From Schmidtea nova (taxonomy: Eukaryota), in assembly GCA_044892505.1 (NCBI GenBank), contig CM097884.1:82088001-82152000 (forward strand): 64,000 nucleotides of DNA. Direction: 5' to 3'. Positions 13,559 through 27,043 of this stretch are shown here, in pieces. Positions within the stretch are counted from its first letter, which is position 1. Each line of letters opens with the position of its first letter. Position numbers and translations under genes: made by a program. A model generated the notes under the pieces. It was not told where the DNA came from. It searched no databases and saw only the letters and a list, made by a program, of their open reading frames with translations.

Positions 13559-13682
13559 CCGCCAACCGCCAACCGCCAACAACCAACCGCCAACTGCCCA
13601 CCGCCGACCGCCGACCGCCGACCACCAACCGCCATCCTCCATCCGCCATCCGCCAACCGCCAACCGCCATCCGCCAACCGCC
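13559..13682 (+). repeat. (CCGCCAA)n heptamer tract, left
   Basis: Degenerate tandem CCGCCAA/CCGCCAT/CCGCCGA units. Confidence 0.9.
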
Positions 13683-14084
13683 CACTGCGCTCCGCTGCGC
13701 TCAACTGCGATCCATTAAACTTTCGAAAATCTATATTAGTATTATAATTATATAGTTTTCAAGTTATATAAATGCAAGATTTCTCATAAGGATTCAGATT
13801 CGTAATGCTTTCATGAAGTCCATAAAAGTTTAAAGATATAACATATATTTTTATTCTTAATTCATGCCATTATTTAGAAAATATGTAATCAACTATCTTA
13901 ATGGTAAAAAAATAATCCGGAATGGTCTTTATATAAAAATATACAAGTTTATACAATCTGTTTACTAACTACTTTATCAGTAGTATTTGATAATTTTATT
14001 TAAATTAATCAAATTTATTTTTTAATTAATTTATCTTTATTTCTATATTAGTCAATTATGGTCCGATTTTTATGAAAACTTGTA

Positions 14085-14545
14085 TACATATCAAATTCAA
14101 TATGCTGAATCCGAATTTGTTACAAAAAATAGGAAAAAAAATTAGTCCAAAGTGAGAGTTGAACCTGGGCCTCTCACATATAAAAAAATTTTAAATGATT
14201 TTTCTCGACTAATACTTGTCAGATTTGAACCAAAATTTCTATTTACATCAAATTCAATATGCTGAATCCGAATTTGTTAAAAAAAATAGGAAAAAAAATT
14301 AGTCCAAAGTGGGAGTTGAACCTGGGCCTCTCACATATAAAAAGATTTTAATTGATTTTCTCGACTAATACTTGTGAGATTTTAACCAAAATTTCTATTT
14401 ATATCAAATTCAATACGCTGAATCCGATTCCTTAACAAAATTTTCATAAAAACGGCCAAAGAAAAAATTATTCAACCTTGAGAGTTAAAACTGGGGTCTC
14501 ACAATTAGAAATCCATAGCCTTTCCAACTAAGCTACATTCCACAC
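14085..14545 (-). repeat. ~157-bp tandem repeat (about 3 units) headed by a degenerate tRNA-like sequence, left arm
   Basis: TCAAATTCAA recurs at 14091, 14248 and 14404. The minus strand reads TAGCTTAGTTGGAAAGGC (A-box/D-arm) and GGTTCAACTC (B-box/T-arm). Confidence 0.7.
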
Positions 14546-14599
14546 TTTTAATAAACAAAATTTTAGCATATATTTGATTTTTCTAATCTTTACATAGGT

Positions 14600-14601
<2 letters not shown>

Positions 14602-14667
<66 letters not shown>
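14602..14667. repeat. (AAT)22 microsatellite, mirrored as (ATT)22 at 26061-26126
   Basis: Read directly from the sequence. Confidence 0.95.
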
Positions 14668-14671
<4 letters not shown>

Positions 14672-14783
14672 TACACAAATAAAACTTGACACAAAATAAA
14701 AAAAAAAAGACATTTTCAAATAACAAAATTTATTTCAATAACAATTTTCATTCTGGAAATATCGACATTAAGAACTAGTCATC

Positions 14784-15154
14784 TCAGTCGTTCAATGTAT
14801 TGACTCCTAAATAATGCCCGAATGCAAAACTTTCATTTTTACCCACCCACTGACGCTTATCATCGTTGTTACTTAAAGCAATTTTAGTATTCTTAAAAGT
14901 ATACAATTGATGATTTTGCTTCCCAATTCGAGTTTGAGGAACAGAAAAGATTTGATTATTATTGTAGCAATCAAGATAAGAAAGATGTTTTATCTCAGTT
15001 CCTTCTAAATATACTCCCTTCGCTTTATTACTTTCAGATTCACCCAAAAGACTGTAGCACTTCGGACTTAAGAAAACCCATTCATTGGATCCAAGTCCAA
15101 ATTTGCCAATGACTGAGTCAGGATTTCTTGAATACAATGGATGTTCAGGAATAA
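14784..15154 (-). pseudogene. Protein-primed DNA polymerase B (pPolB) C-terminal fragment, left arm
   Basis: Translation EHPLYSRNPDSVIGKF...LSPKCYS...KAKGV...TKIALSNNDDKRQW...FGHY carries the Polinton pPolB C-terminal motifs KxY, KxKG and DDKR...GH. It is 5'-truncated, with only about the last 125 aa. Confidence 0.85.
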
Positions 15155-17263
15155 CCTATATAGTTTTAATAATAACAATAGTAATATTAATACTTGAAAC
15201 CAATCAAAATGAAACTTGACACATAAAAAAGTCAAATTTCTTTTTTAAAAAACTTGATTTACAAATTTTTTTTCCATTCTTCATCCATACCAGATTTGGT
15301 AAAACAATATGATATAAGTAACTGAATTTGTAGTGATTAGTTGACAACTAGTTAAAAAGTTTCAAAATCTATATATATTGCACAAAACCCTTATTAGCGC
15401 AATAATTAACAAGTTTTGAAGCTAAAGCATGAAAATCAATCCAAATTAGTTAAGTTATCAAAATATTTTAAATATTTCTGTTATTATATATTTATTATAG
15501 AAAAGACATGTTAGTTGATATCAGTTGATAATAGTTAAAAATTAACTAATAATACGTGGTAATCATTATTTTTACAAGTTCTCAATGAAAGTAGTAAACA
15601 ATGATTTAATTATAATTGTAAAAATACTAAGAGAAATTCCTAAGAAAAGTGACTCTCAAAAGTAATTTAAATATCATCTTCAAAAATTTATTAACAAAAA
15701 TTTAGTTTCAAAACTTTTACTCACAAAAATTTAGTTTCAAAAATTTATTCACAGAATTTAGATTCAAAAAATTATTCACAAATTTTAGTTTTAAATTTAT
15801 CCACAGTATTTAGATTAAAATCTATTTTTTACCCAGTTTTTGTTCACTAACCAGTTAGTAACCCATTAATTATTGATAAAATATATACTAATTTGATTTA
15901 TATTTAAAGTTAATTTCGTAATATTTTAAATTAATATATATCATTTGAATACAATTTTAAAAATTACTTTGACTTAAATTAACTTTTGAAACTTAGAATA
16001 AATTTTAGTAAACAAATCTAAATTTTTTCAATTAAAATTGATTTTTTTTCCAAATTGAATTTTGTCGGGAAAATATAGTTAGTTACACAATCAATTTTAT
16101 ACTAATTAATTAAAACTTATTTAAAATTGATGTCTTGAAGATTGGCTACATTAATGAGTTCCAAAATCATTTCAAAATGATACCAGGATATTTATGAATT
16201 TATTTGCAATTATTTATTTTACTAAAAGCAAAAATTATTATCATTTATTTGAAAATATGCGGATTTTTAAATTGAAACTTAAATAAAATTTTAATTGTTG
16301 GCTAATTAAAAGTAATTTTTATAGGTTTAAAATTAATCTAAAATTAAAATAATAATCGATTGATCAATGTACAAAATTTTATATTACTTAGTCAGCAACT
16401 TTAACAATTGAATAATCTTTTAAATAAATTAGACAACTGAATTTTTAAATAAGACGAAAAGAAAAAGAATAATAGAAATTTCTATATGCTTTAATTTCAA
16501 AATTGTAATGCTTAATTTTCAAATATTTTGGTTAATAAAGTATTTATTTTGAACCAAAACTAGTAGTTAGAATACTAAAGTTTACTTTATTATAACATTT
16601 AAAATGAAAAACAAATCAATTTACTCATTATCAATTAGTTACTAATTATTAATAAATTCGATAATAATTTAATACACGTTAAAATTAATTTAAATAGATC
16701 TTTTTAAGAATTGATTTCATTAGATTTCAAAAATTTTTAGAATAAATTTTAAAATATTTTTAATAAAAGAACTAAATGCAATAAACTCGATTGATTGACA
16801 ACCATTGACAACAAACTCATTTGTGCAATAAGATGTTTTGTCAGCGTATTTATTATCACTAGGTTATGAAACCATTAATGAATGCTGTTTTTATGTATTG
16901 ATTGAAGAAAACATGTAATAAAAACTAAAATCAACCAATTAAATTATCCAAATTCGCTCCAGTGTGTACATTATTTGTATAACATGTGGTATTTTTATAC
17001 TGATATTTTCCTATCGATTTGAATACAATTACTATACATTGCTACAAAAATCACTAAATTTCGGTATTAAACTGATATAACTCAAATTGAGGCTCCATTT
17101 TAAAATTACTTGCACCTTTTTAATTGATATTCATCATAAAACCTATTTAATTATCGATTTAACCGTTATAATGTATTATACCTCCATATTTCTTAGTATT
17201 CTCAAAAGTATAACACAATTTATCACGTAATTATATAAAATCAGTATTGATAAATTTTAAATA

Positions 17264-17760
17264 AAATAGCTACAAACTTCTTAGTTCAATAAAACTTACT
17301 CAAATATGTCGTTAACTTTGAAATAACTCTTAAGAAACCGCATAAAATCACCAAATTAAACGTGAAAATTTTATCAAATCTTATTACTCTTGATATTATT
17401 AATATCTTTACTAAATTATCACATGATCCATCATTGAAAATTACATTATTATTCTGCTAAATTAAAATACCAGTAAATTAATTAAATTGTTAATAAAAAT
17501 TGTTAATAACAAAACACAATTTATGAAATAGCTACAAACTTCTTAGTTCAATAAAACTTACTCAAATATGTCATTAATTCTGAAATAACACTTAAGAAAC
17601 TGCATAAAATCCCCAATTAAAACGTGAAAATTTTATCAAATCTTATTAATCTTGATATTATTAATATCTTTACTAAATTATCACATGATCCATCATTGAA
17701 AATTACATTATTATTCTGGTATATATTAAAAAATCATTAAATTAATTGTTAATAAAAAGC
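17264..17760. repeat. ~262-bp tandem duplication inside the arm (mirrored at about 22969-23465)
   Basis: AAATAGCTACAAACTTCTTAGTTC occurs at 17264 and 17526. The two units are diverged from each other but are the same in both arms. Confidence 0.85.
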
Positions 17761-19380
17761 TATGTAGTCATATATATTTTAAAATCCCATAAAAATGACC
17801 AAATATCATTCAAATCATGACAAAAAGCTATTTTGTCATATATAATTTAAAATCACATTAAAATCACAACAAATCATCCAAAACTCAATATTCAAGTCAT
17901 TATAACTGATACTGACTATGCTTAGTGGCTTTGAGTTTCAAATTTTACCATAAAGTAATCAATAAATAATCCTAAAATTTGATATAATCTGAATTAAAAG
18001 TTTCGACCATTTAATTAACAAAGAATATTGAATTAACACAAAATTATTTACGTTAAGACATTTCAAATTATCAACATTACTTGATATAAATCCTTAACTT
18101 CATTGAATTTCCATAAAATCAATTAATTACATAAATCACCTGTTAAAATTTATTTTACATCTAAATTCTTTCAATTATCTTCATAAATTTTCCACAATTC
18201 ACTTAAAAATTGTAATGAAATTACTTTGGAAGTTATTTGAATTTTTATTAGTTTGCTATAAAATTATTATAATCACTGTAATAATCGAAAATATTTATAA
18301 TCACTGTAATAATCTAAATTTTAGTCATAACCTTTGATTAAATTGACATTAATTTCAATCTTAAATATATTTTAAATTTAATGAAATCAATAATTTGCAT
18401 AAAATATTAATTGAGAGAAAATAAGTTGGAAATTTTAAAAAGAAATTTGAAATACAATCAATGTGTATTTCTAAAATATTAATTATCTTTGAATTTAATT
18501 AGAATAAATTGTATTTAATTTTAGCAAATATTTAGTTTATTTCGAAAAAAGTATTTGAATTATTGCCAAATAAAAAGTCATGGTAACTAAATATAATTAT
18601 AATATTATGATTTTAATTTAGAATTAATTAATTTGCATGATGATTTCTGAATTTAATTTTAATGTAGAATTAAATACTGGTCATTTATATTTTGTGAAGA
18701 AATTCCTATTACTAATTTTAAAAAATCAAAGTTATTTTAAAAAGTTTCAAATAATACACATTAAAATCTATATAAATAGTATATAAGTGAATATACAATA
18801 TGAATCTTTTACAGGTAAAAACCATCACAAAAGAGGTTCTGCTACCAAAGGTTCTGTTAGAAAGGTTCTGATACTAAGGATATATTAGAAAAGTTCTGAT
18901 ACTGAATATAATTGTTAATAATGAATTTTACCAAAATATTTATTGATTTTTCATTTTAAATATTTTCAGTGAATTATTAATATTAATAATTTTTATTATT
19001 ACCACGTAATAATTTTGTAACATTAAATCTGTTTCGATTGTTTTTTATGATATTTATAAAAGTTGATATAATATGAAAAATTTATTCACAAAGGGCAGTT
19101 TATGTATGTGATGCAGTTATCTGTTTGTGTATAGTAACTTTTCATTGAATTGTGTCAGTTTTTATCATAATTCGATGCATTACATTATTTTTTGATATAA
19201 TCTGTCTATTAAAAGATTTTGCATAAATAATTAATTATCATATTAAAATAAAGTGTGTATCTGCACACAAAAATATCAATAAATAAAAATTAATAAAAAT
19301 GTTAAACGAAATCTGATTGGTCAATTTAAATTATGAAAACATATATATAAATTGATTAAAAATTACAGATTTCATTAAAA

Positions 19381-19921
19381 ATGTATCAACTTAAAAGTAA
19401 GTTTAAATAATTTTAAATGATTATTTTTAATATTTTATTCTAGAATCTTCGAACAAAAAGATGTTGAAACAAGAAGTAATGAAAATTATTCTTGAAGAAA
19501 ATTCTATTTCGGCATCAAATTTGGTTAGGAATCCTGCAGTTCAATTTCTACAATACTCGATGGAATATTTAAAATTTCCAATAATTTATTCATTTAAAGT
19601 ATATATTTATTTAATTAAAATAAATTTCTAATAATTATTTTATAGGAACCTGTTACATTGAAACAATGCATGTATAATCTTCAAGTGGGGAAAATTGGAG
19701 ATATTGATAGACGAAATATTTCAGAAATTTTGTTAGCAATCAACAAAGAAATACAATTTAATGAAGCTTTTACGTATATGAATTGCATTAAAGATTGTAA
19801 TTTGAAAAATCCCGATGAAAATTCAATATATTAAATTAAGATAATGATTCAAGGCTTCAAAGAATCTAATGATGTTGTCAAACCTGTTTGGAAAATTATA
19901 GAAACAAATATATGTGAATAA
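19381..19921 (+). CDS. Spliced orphan gene (3 exons): 119 aa, or 148 aa if the in-frame TAA is a lesion; left arm
   Basis: Exons 19381-19396, 19444-19598 and 19646-19834 are joined in frame by two 47-nt GT-AG introns. The product is MYQLKKSSNKKMLKQEVMKIILEENS...NPDENSIY*. The frame stays open for 28 more codons to a TAA overlapping AATAAA at 19919-19921. Confidence 0.65.
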
Positions 19922-20751
19922 AATTTATTTATCAAATCTTATCTTTTCATTTCATTTTATTTTATTTTATTTTATTGTTTGTTTTGGTTAATTTAAATTT
20001 TTAATAAAAATTATTTTTTGTGTTAAATTTATTACCAAATATTTAAAATCGATTAATTTTTTATTAAAATAAAAATAATTAATTTTTTATTTTATTTTAT
20101 TTTTTGTTTTGGTTAATTTAAATTTTTAATAACAATTATTTTTTGTTTTAAATTTATTACCAAATATTTAAAATCGATTAGTTTTTTATTAAATAAAAAT
20201 AATTAATTTTATTATCATAATTAATCTAAATTGATTTTGTTTTAATAATTGATTATACGTTTAAAATTAAAATTCAAATTAATTTTCTTTAATATTTCCC
20301 GGCAACAATAATTAATTCGGAATTTGATATATATTCGAATATATATCAAATTCCGAATTAATTATTGTTGCCGGGAAATATTAAAGAAAATTAATTTGAA
20401 TTTTAATTTTAAACGTATAATCAATTATTAAAACAAAATCAATTTAGATTAATTATGATAATAAAATTAATTATTTTTATTTAATAAAAAACTAATCGAT
20501 TTTAAATATTTGGTAATAAATTTAAAACAAAAAATAATTGTTATTAAAAATTTAAATTAACCAAAACAAAAAATAAAATAAAATAAAAAATTAATTATTT
20601 TTATTTTAATAAAAAATTAATCGATTTTAAATATTTGGTAATAAATTTAACACAAAAAATAATTTTTATTAAAAATTTAAATTAACCAAAACAAACAATA
20701 AAATAAAATAAAATAAAATGAAATGAAAAGATAAGATTTGATAAATAAATT

Positions 20752-21292
20752 TTATTCACATATATTTGTTTCTATAATTTTCCAAACAGGTTTGACAACA
20801 TCATTAGATTCTTTGAAGCCTTGAATCATTATCTTAATTTAATATATTGAATTTTCATCGGGATTTTTCAAATTACAATCTTTAATGCAATTCATATACG
20901 TAAAAGCTTCATTAAATTGTATTTCTTTGTTGATTGCTAACAAAATTTCTGAAATATTTCGTCTATCAATATCTCCAATTTTCCCCACTTGAAGATTATA
21001 CATGCATTGTTTCAATGTAACAGGTTCCTATAAAATAATTATTAGAAATTTATTTTAATTAAATAAATATATACTTTAAATGAATAAATTATTGGAAATT
21101 TTAAATATTCCATCGAGTATTGTAGAAATTGAACTGCAGGATTCCTAACCAAATTTGATGCCGAAATAGAATTTTCTTCAAGAATAATTTTCATTACTTC
21201 TTGTTTCAACATCTTTTTGTTCGAAGATTCTAGAATAAAATATTAAAAATAATCATTTAAAATTATTTAAACTTACTTTTAAGTTGATACAT
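20752..21292 (-). CDS. Mirror copy of the spliced orphan gene, right arm
   Basis: It is the reverse complement of 19381-19921, with the ATG at 21290-21292. Confidence 0.65.
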
Positions 21293-24200
21293 TTTTAATG
21301 AAATCTGTAATTTTTAATCAATTTATATATATGTTTTCATAATTTAAATTGACCAATCAGATTTCGTTTAACATTTTTATTAATTTTTATTTATTGATAT
21401 TTTTGTGTGCAGATACACACTTTATTTTAATATGATAATTAATTATTTATGCAAAATATATGATAATTAATTATTTATGCAAAATATATGATAATTAATT
21501 ATTTATGCAAAATCTTTTAATAGACAGATTATATCAAAAAATAATGTAATGCATCGAATTATGATAAAAACTGACACAATTCAATGAAAAGTTACTATAC
21601 ACAAACAGATAACTGCATCACATACATAAACTGCCCTTTGTGAATAAATTTTTCATATTATATCAACTTTTATAAATATCATAAAAAACAATCGAAACAG
21701 ATTTAATGTTACAAAATTATTACGTGGTAATAATAAAAATTATTAATATTAATAATTCACTGAAAATATTTAAAATGAAAAATCAATAAATATTTTGGTA
21801 AAATTCATTATTAACAATTATATTCAGTATCAGAACTTTTCTAATATATCCTTAGTATCAGAACCTTTCTAACAGAACCTTTGGTAGCAGAACCTCTTTT
21901 GTGATGGTTTTTACCTGTAAAAGATTCATATTGTATATTCACTTATATACTATTTATATAGATTTTAATGTGTATTATTTGAAACTTTTTAAAATAACTT
22001 TGATTTTTTAAAATTAGTAATAGGAATTTCTTCACAAAATATAAATGACCAGTATTTAATTCTACATTAAAATTAAATTCAGAAATCATCATGCAAATTA
22101 ATTAATTCTAAATTAAAATCATAATATTATAATTATATTTAGTTACCATGACTTTTTATTTGGCAATAATTCAAATACTTTTTTCGAAATAAACTAAATA
22201 TTTGCTAAAATTAAATACAATTTATTCTAATTAAATTCAAAGATAATTAATATTTTAGAAATACACATTGATTGTATTTCAAATTTCTTTTTAAAATTTC
22301 CAACTTATTTTCTCTCAATTAATATTTTATGCAAATTATTGATTTCATTAAATTTAAAATATATTTAAGATTGAAATTAATGTCAATTTAATCAAAGGTT
22401 ATGACTAAAATTTAGATTATTACAGTGATTATAAATATTTTCGATTATTACAGTGATTATAATAATTTTATAGCAAACTAATAAAAATTCAAATAACTTC
22501 CAAAGTAATTTCATTACAATTTTTAAGTGAATTGTGGAAAATTTATGAAGATAATTGAAAGAATTTAGATGTAAAATAAATTTTAACAGGTGATTTATGT
22601 AATTAATTGATTTTATGGAAATTCAATGAAGTTAAGGATTTATATCAAGTAATGTTGATAATTTGAAATGTCTTAACGTAAATAATTTTGTGTTAATTCA
22701 ATATTCTTTGTTAATTAAATGGTCGAAACTTTTAATTCAGATTATATCAAATTTTAGGATTATTTATTGATTACTTTATGGTAAAATTTGAAACTCAAAG
22801 CCACTAAGCATAGTCAGTATCAGTTATAATGACTTGAATATTGAGTTTTGGATGATTTGTTGTGATTTTAATGTGATTTTAAATTATATATGACAAAATA
22901 GCTTTTTGTCATGATTTGAATGATATTTGGTCATTTTTATGGGATTTTAAAATATATATGACTACATAGCTTTTTATTAACAATTAATTTAATGATTTTT
23001 TAATATATACCAGAATAATAATGTAATTTTCAATGATGGATCATGTGATAATTTAGTAAAGATATTAATAATATCAAGATTAATAAGATTTGATAAAATT
23101 TTCACGTTTTAATTGGGGATTTTATGCAGTTTCTTAAGTGTTATTTCAGAATTAATGACATATTTGAGTAAGTTTTATTGAACTAAGAAGTTTGTAGCTA
23201 TTTCATAAATTGTGTTTTGTTATTAACAATTTTTATTAACAATTTAATTAATTTACTGGTATTTTAATTTAGCAGAATAATAATGTAATTTTCAATGATG
23301 GATCATGTGATAATTTAGTAAAGATATTAATAATATCAAGAGTAATAAGATTTGATAAAATTTTCACGTTTAATTTGGTGATTTTATGCGGTTTCTTAAG
23401 AGTTATTTCAAAGTTAACGACATATTTGAGTAAGTTTTATTGAACTAAGAAGTTTGTAGCTATTTTATTTAAAATTTATCAATACTGATTTTATATAATT
23501 ACGTGATAAATTGTGTTATACTTTTGAGAATACTAAGAAATATGGAGGTATAATACATTATAACGGTTAAATCGATAATTAAATAGGTTTTATGATGAAT
23601 ATCAATTAAAAAGGTGCAAGTAATTTTAAAATGGAGCCTCAATTTGAGTTATATCAGTTTAATACCGAAATTTAGTGATTTTTGTAGCAATGTATAGTAA
23701 TTGTATTCAAATCGATAGGAAAATATCAGTATAAAAATACCACATGTTATACAAATAATGTACACACTGGAGCGAATTTGGATAATTTAATTGGTTGATT
23801 TTAGTTTTTATTACATGTTTTCTTCAATCAATACATAAAAACAGCATTCATTAATGGTTTCATAACCTAGTGATAATAAATACGCTGACAAAACATCTTA
23901 TTGCACAAATGAGTTTGTTGTCAATGGTTGTCAATCAATCGAGTTTATTGCATTTAGTTCTTTTATTAAAAATATTTTAAAATTTATTCTAAAAATTTTT
24001 GAAATCTAATGAAATCAATTCTTAAAAAGATCTATTTAAATTAATTTTAACGTGTATTAAATTATTATCGAATTTATTAATAATTAGTAACTAATTGATA
24101 ATGAGTAAATTGATTTGTTTTTCATTTTAAATGTTATAATAAAGTAAACTTTAGTATTCTAACTACTAGTTTTGGTTCAAAATAAATACTTTATTAACCA

Positions 24201-25574
24201 AAATATTTGAAAATTAAGCATTACAATTTTGAAATTAAAGCATATAGAAATTTCTATTATTCTTTTTCTTTTCGTCTTATTTAAAAATTCAGTTGTCTAA
24301 TTTATTTAAAAGATTATTCAATTGTTAAAGTTGCTGACTAAGTAATATAAAATTTTGTACATTGATCAATCGATTATTATTTTAATTTTAGATTAATTTT
24401 AAACCTATAAAAATTACTTTTAATTAGCCAACAATTAAAATTTTATTTAAGTTTCAATTTAAAAATCCGCATATTTTCAAATAAATGATAATAATTTTTG
24501 CTTTTAGTAAAATAAATAATTGCAAATAAATTCATAAATATCCTGGTATCATTTTGAAATGATTTTGGAACTCATTAATGTAGCCAATCTTCAAGACATC
24601 AATTTTAAATAAGTTTTAATTAATTAGTATAAAATTGATTGTGTAACTAACTATATTTTCCCGACAAAATTCAATTTGGAAAAAAAATCAATTTTAATTG
24701 AAAAAATTTAGATTTGTTTACTAAAATTTATTCTAAGTTTCAAAAGTTAATTTAAGTCAAAGTAATTTTTAAAATTGTATTCAAATGATATATATTAATT
24801 TAAAATATTACGAAATTAACTTTAAATATAAATCAAATTAGTATATATTTTATCAATAATTAATGGGTTACTAACTGGTTAGTGAACAAAAACTGGGTAA
24901 AAAATAGATTTTAATCTAAATACTGTGGATAAATTTAAAACTAAAATTTGTGAATAATTTTTTGAATCTAAATTCTGTGAATAAATTTTTGAAACTAAAT
25001 TTTTGTGAGTAAAAGTTTTGAAACTAAATTTTTGTTAATAAATTTTTGAAGATGATATTTAAATTACTTTTGAGAGTCACTTTTCTTAGGAATTTCTCTT
25101 AGTATTTTTACAATTATAATTAAATCATTGTTTACTACTTTCATTGAGAACTTGTAAAAATAATGATTACCACGTATTATTAGTTAATTTTTAACTATTA
25201 TCAACTGATATCAACTAACATGTCTTTTCTATAATAAATATATAATAACAGAAATATTTAAAATATTTTGATAACTTAACTAATTTGGATTGATTTTCAT
25301 GCTTTAGCTTCAAAACTTGTTAATTATTGCGCTAATAAGGGTTTTGTGCAATATATATAGATTTTGAAACTTTTTAACTAGTTGTCAACTAATCACTACA
25401 AATTCAGTTACTTATATCATATTGTTTTACCAAATCTGGTATGGATGAAGAATGGAAAAAAAATTTGTAAATCAAGTTTTTTAAAAAAGAAATTTGACTT
25501 TTTTATGTGTCAAGTTTCATTTTGATTGGTTTCAAGTATTAATATTACTATTGTTATTATTAAAACTATATAGG

Positions 25575-25945
25575 TTATTCCTGAACATCCATTGTATTCA
25601 AGAAATCCTGACTCAGTCATTGGCAAATTTGGACTTGGATCCAATGAATGGGTTTTCTTAAGTCCGAAGTGCTACAGTCTTTTGGGTGAATCTGAAAGTA
25701 ATAAAGCGAAGGGAGTATATTTAGAAGGAACTGAGATAAAACATCTTTCTTATCTTGATTGCTACAATAATAATCAAATCTTTTCTGTTCCTCAAACTCA
25801 AATTGGGAAGCAAAATCATCAATTGTATACTTTTAAGAATACTAAAATTGCTTTAAGTAACAACGATGATAAGCGTCAGTGGGTGGGTAAAAATGAAAGT
25901 TTTGCATTCGGGCATTATTTAGGAGTCAATACATTGAACGACTGA
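25575..25945 (+). pseudogene. pPolB C-terminal fragment, right arm
   Basis: Mirror copy that differs by one codon (QTQIG versus QTRIG). Confidence 0.85.
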
Positions 25946-26056
25946 GATGACTAGTTCTTAATGTCGATATTTCCAGAATGAAAATTGTTATTGAAATAAA
26001 TTTTGTTATTTGAAAATGTCTTTTTTTTTTATTTTGTGTCAAGTTTTATTTGTGTA

Positions 26057-26128
<72 letters not shown>

Positions 26129-26182
26129 ACCTATGTAAAGATTAGAAAAATCAAATATATGCTAAAATTTTGTTTATTAAAA

Positions 26183-26643
26183 GTGTGGAATGTAGCTTAG
26201 TTGGAAAGGCTATGGATTTCTAATTGTGAGACCACAGTTTTAACTCTCAAGGTTGAATAATTTTTTCTTTGGCCGTTTTTATGAAAATTTTGTTAAGGAA
26301 TCGGATTCAGCGTATTGAATTTGATATAAATAGAAATTTTGGTTAAAATCTCACAAGTATTAGTCGAGAAAATCAATTAAAATTTTTTTATATGTGAGAG
26401 GCCCAGGTTCAACTCCCACTTTGGACTAATTTTTTTTCCTATTTTTTTTAACAAATTCGGATTCAGCATATTGAATTTGATGTAAATAGAAATTTTGGTT
26501 CAAATCTGACAAGTATTAGTCGAGAAAAATCATTTAAAATTTTTTTATATGTGAGAGGCCCAGGTTCAACTCTCACTTTGGACTAATTTTTTTTCCTATT
26601 TTTTGTAACAAATTCGGATTCAGCATATTGAATTTGATATGTA
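26183..26643 (+). repeat. Mirror copy of the tRNA-like / 157-bp repeat, right arm
   Basis: It is the reverse complement of 14085-14545 with about 2 substitutions. Confidence 0.7.
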
Positions 26644-27043
26644 TACAAGTTTTCATAAAAATCGGACCATAATTGACTAATATAGAAATAAAGATAAATT
26701 AATTAAAAAATAAATTTGATTAATTTAAATAAAATTATCAAATACTACTGATAAAGTAGTTAGTAAACAGATTGTATAAACTTGTATATTTTTATATAAA
26801 GACCATTCCGGATTATTTTTTTACCATTAAGATAGTTGATTACATATTTTCTAAATAATGGCATGAATTAAGAATAAAAATATATGTTATATCTTTAAAC
26901 TTTTATGGACTTCATGAAAGCATTACGAATCTGAATCCTTATGAGAAATCTTGCATTTATATAACTTGAAAACTATATAATTATAATACTAATATAGATT
27001 TTCGAAAGTTTAATGGATCGCAGTTGAGCGCAGCGGAGCGCAG

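Noticed and set aside
13488-13747. ORFs 13488-13685, 13529-13747, 26981-27637, 27024-27209 and 27065-27433
   Set aside because: They are translations of the heptamer and 29-bp tandem repeats and TIR sequence, with no protein family signal.
19832-19834. Alternative genetic code (TAA read as Gln), suggested by in-frame TAA here, in EEPD1, after BRD10 and in the hAT at 45031
   Set aside because: Long ORFs (288, 310 and 359 aa) and EEPD1 exons 1-4 contain no in-frame TAA/TAG while using CAA/CAG. TAA is the expected decay product in AT-rich DNA.
26183-26252. Functional tRNA-Arg(UCU) gene
   Set aside because: The anticodon and acceptor stems do not pair and the T-loop is mutated. It is kept only as a tRNA-like repeat.
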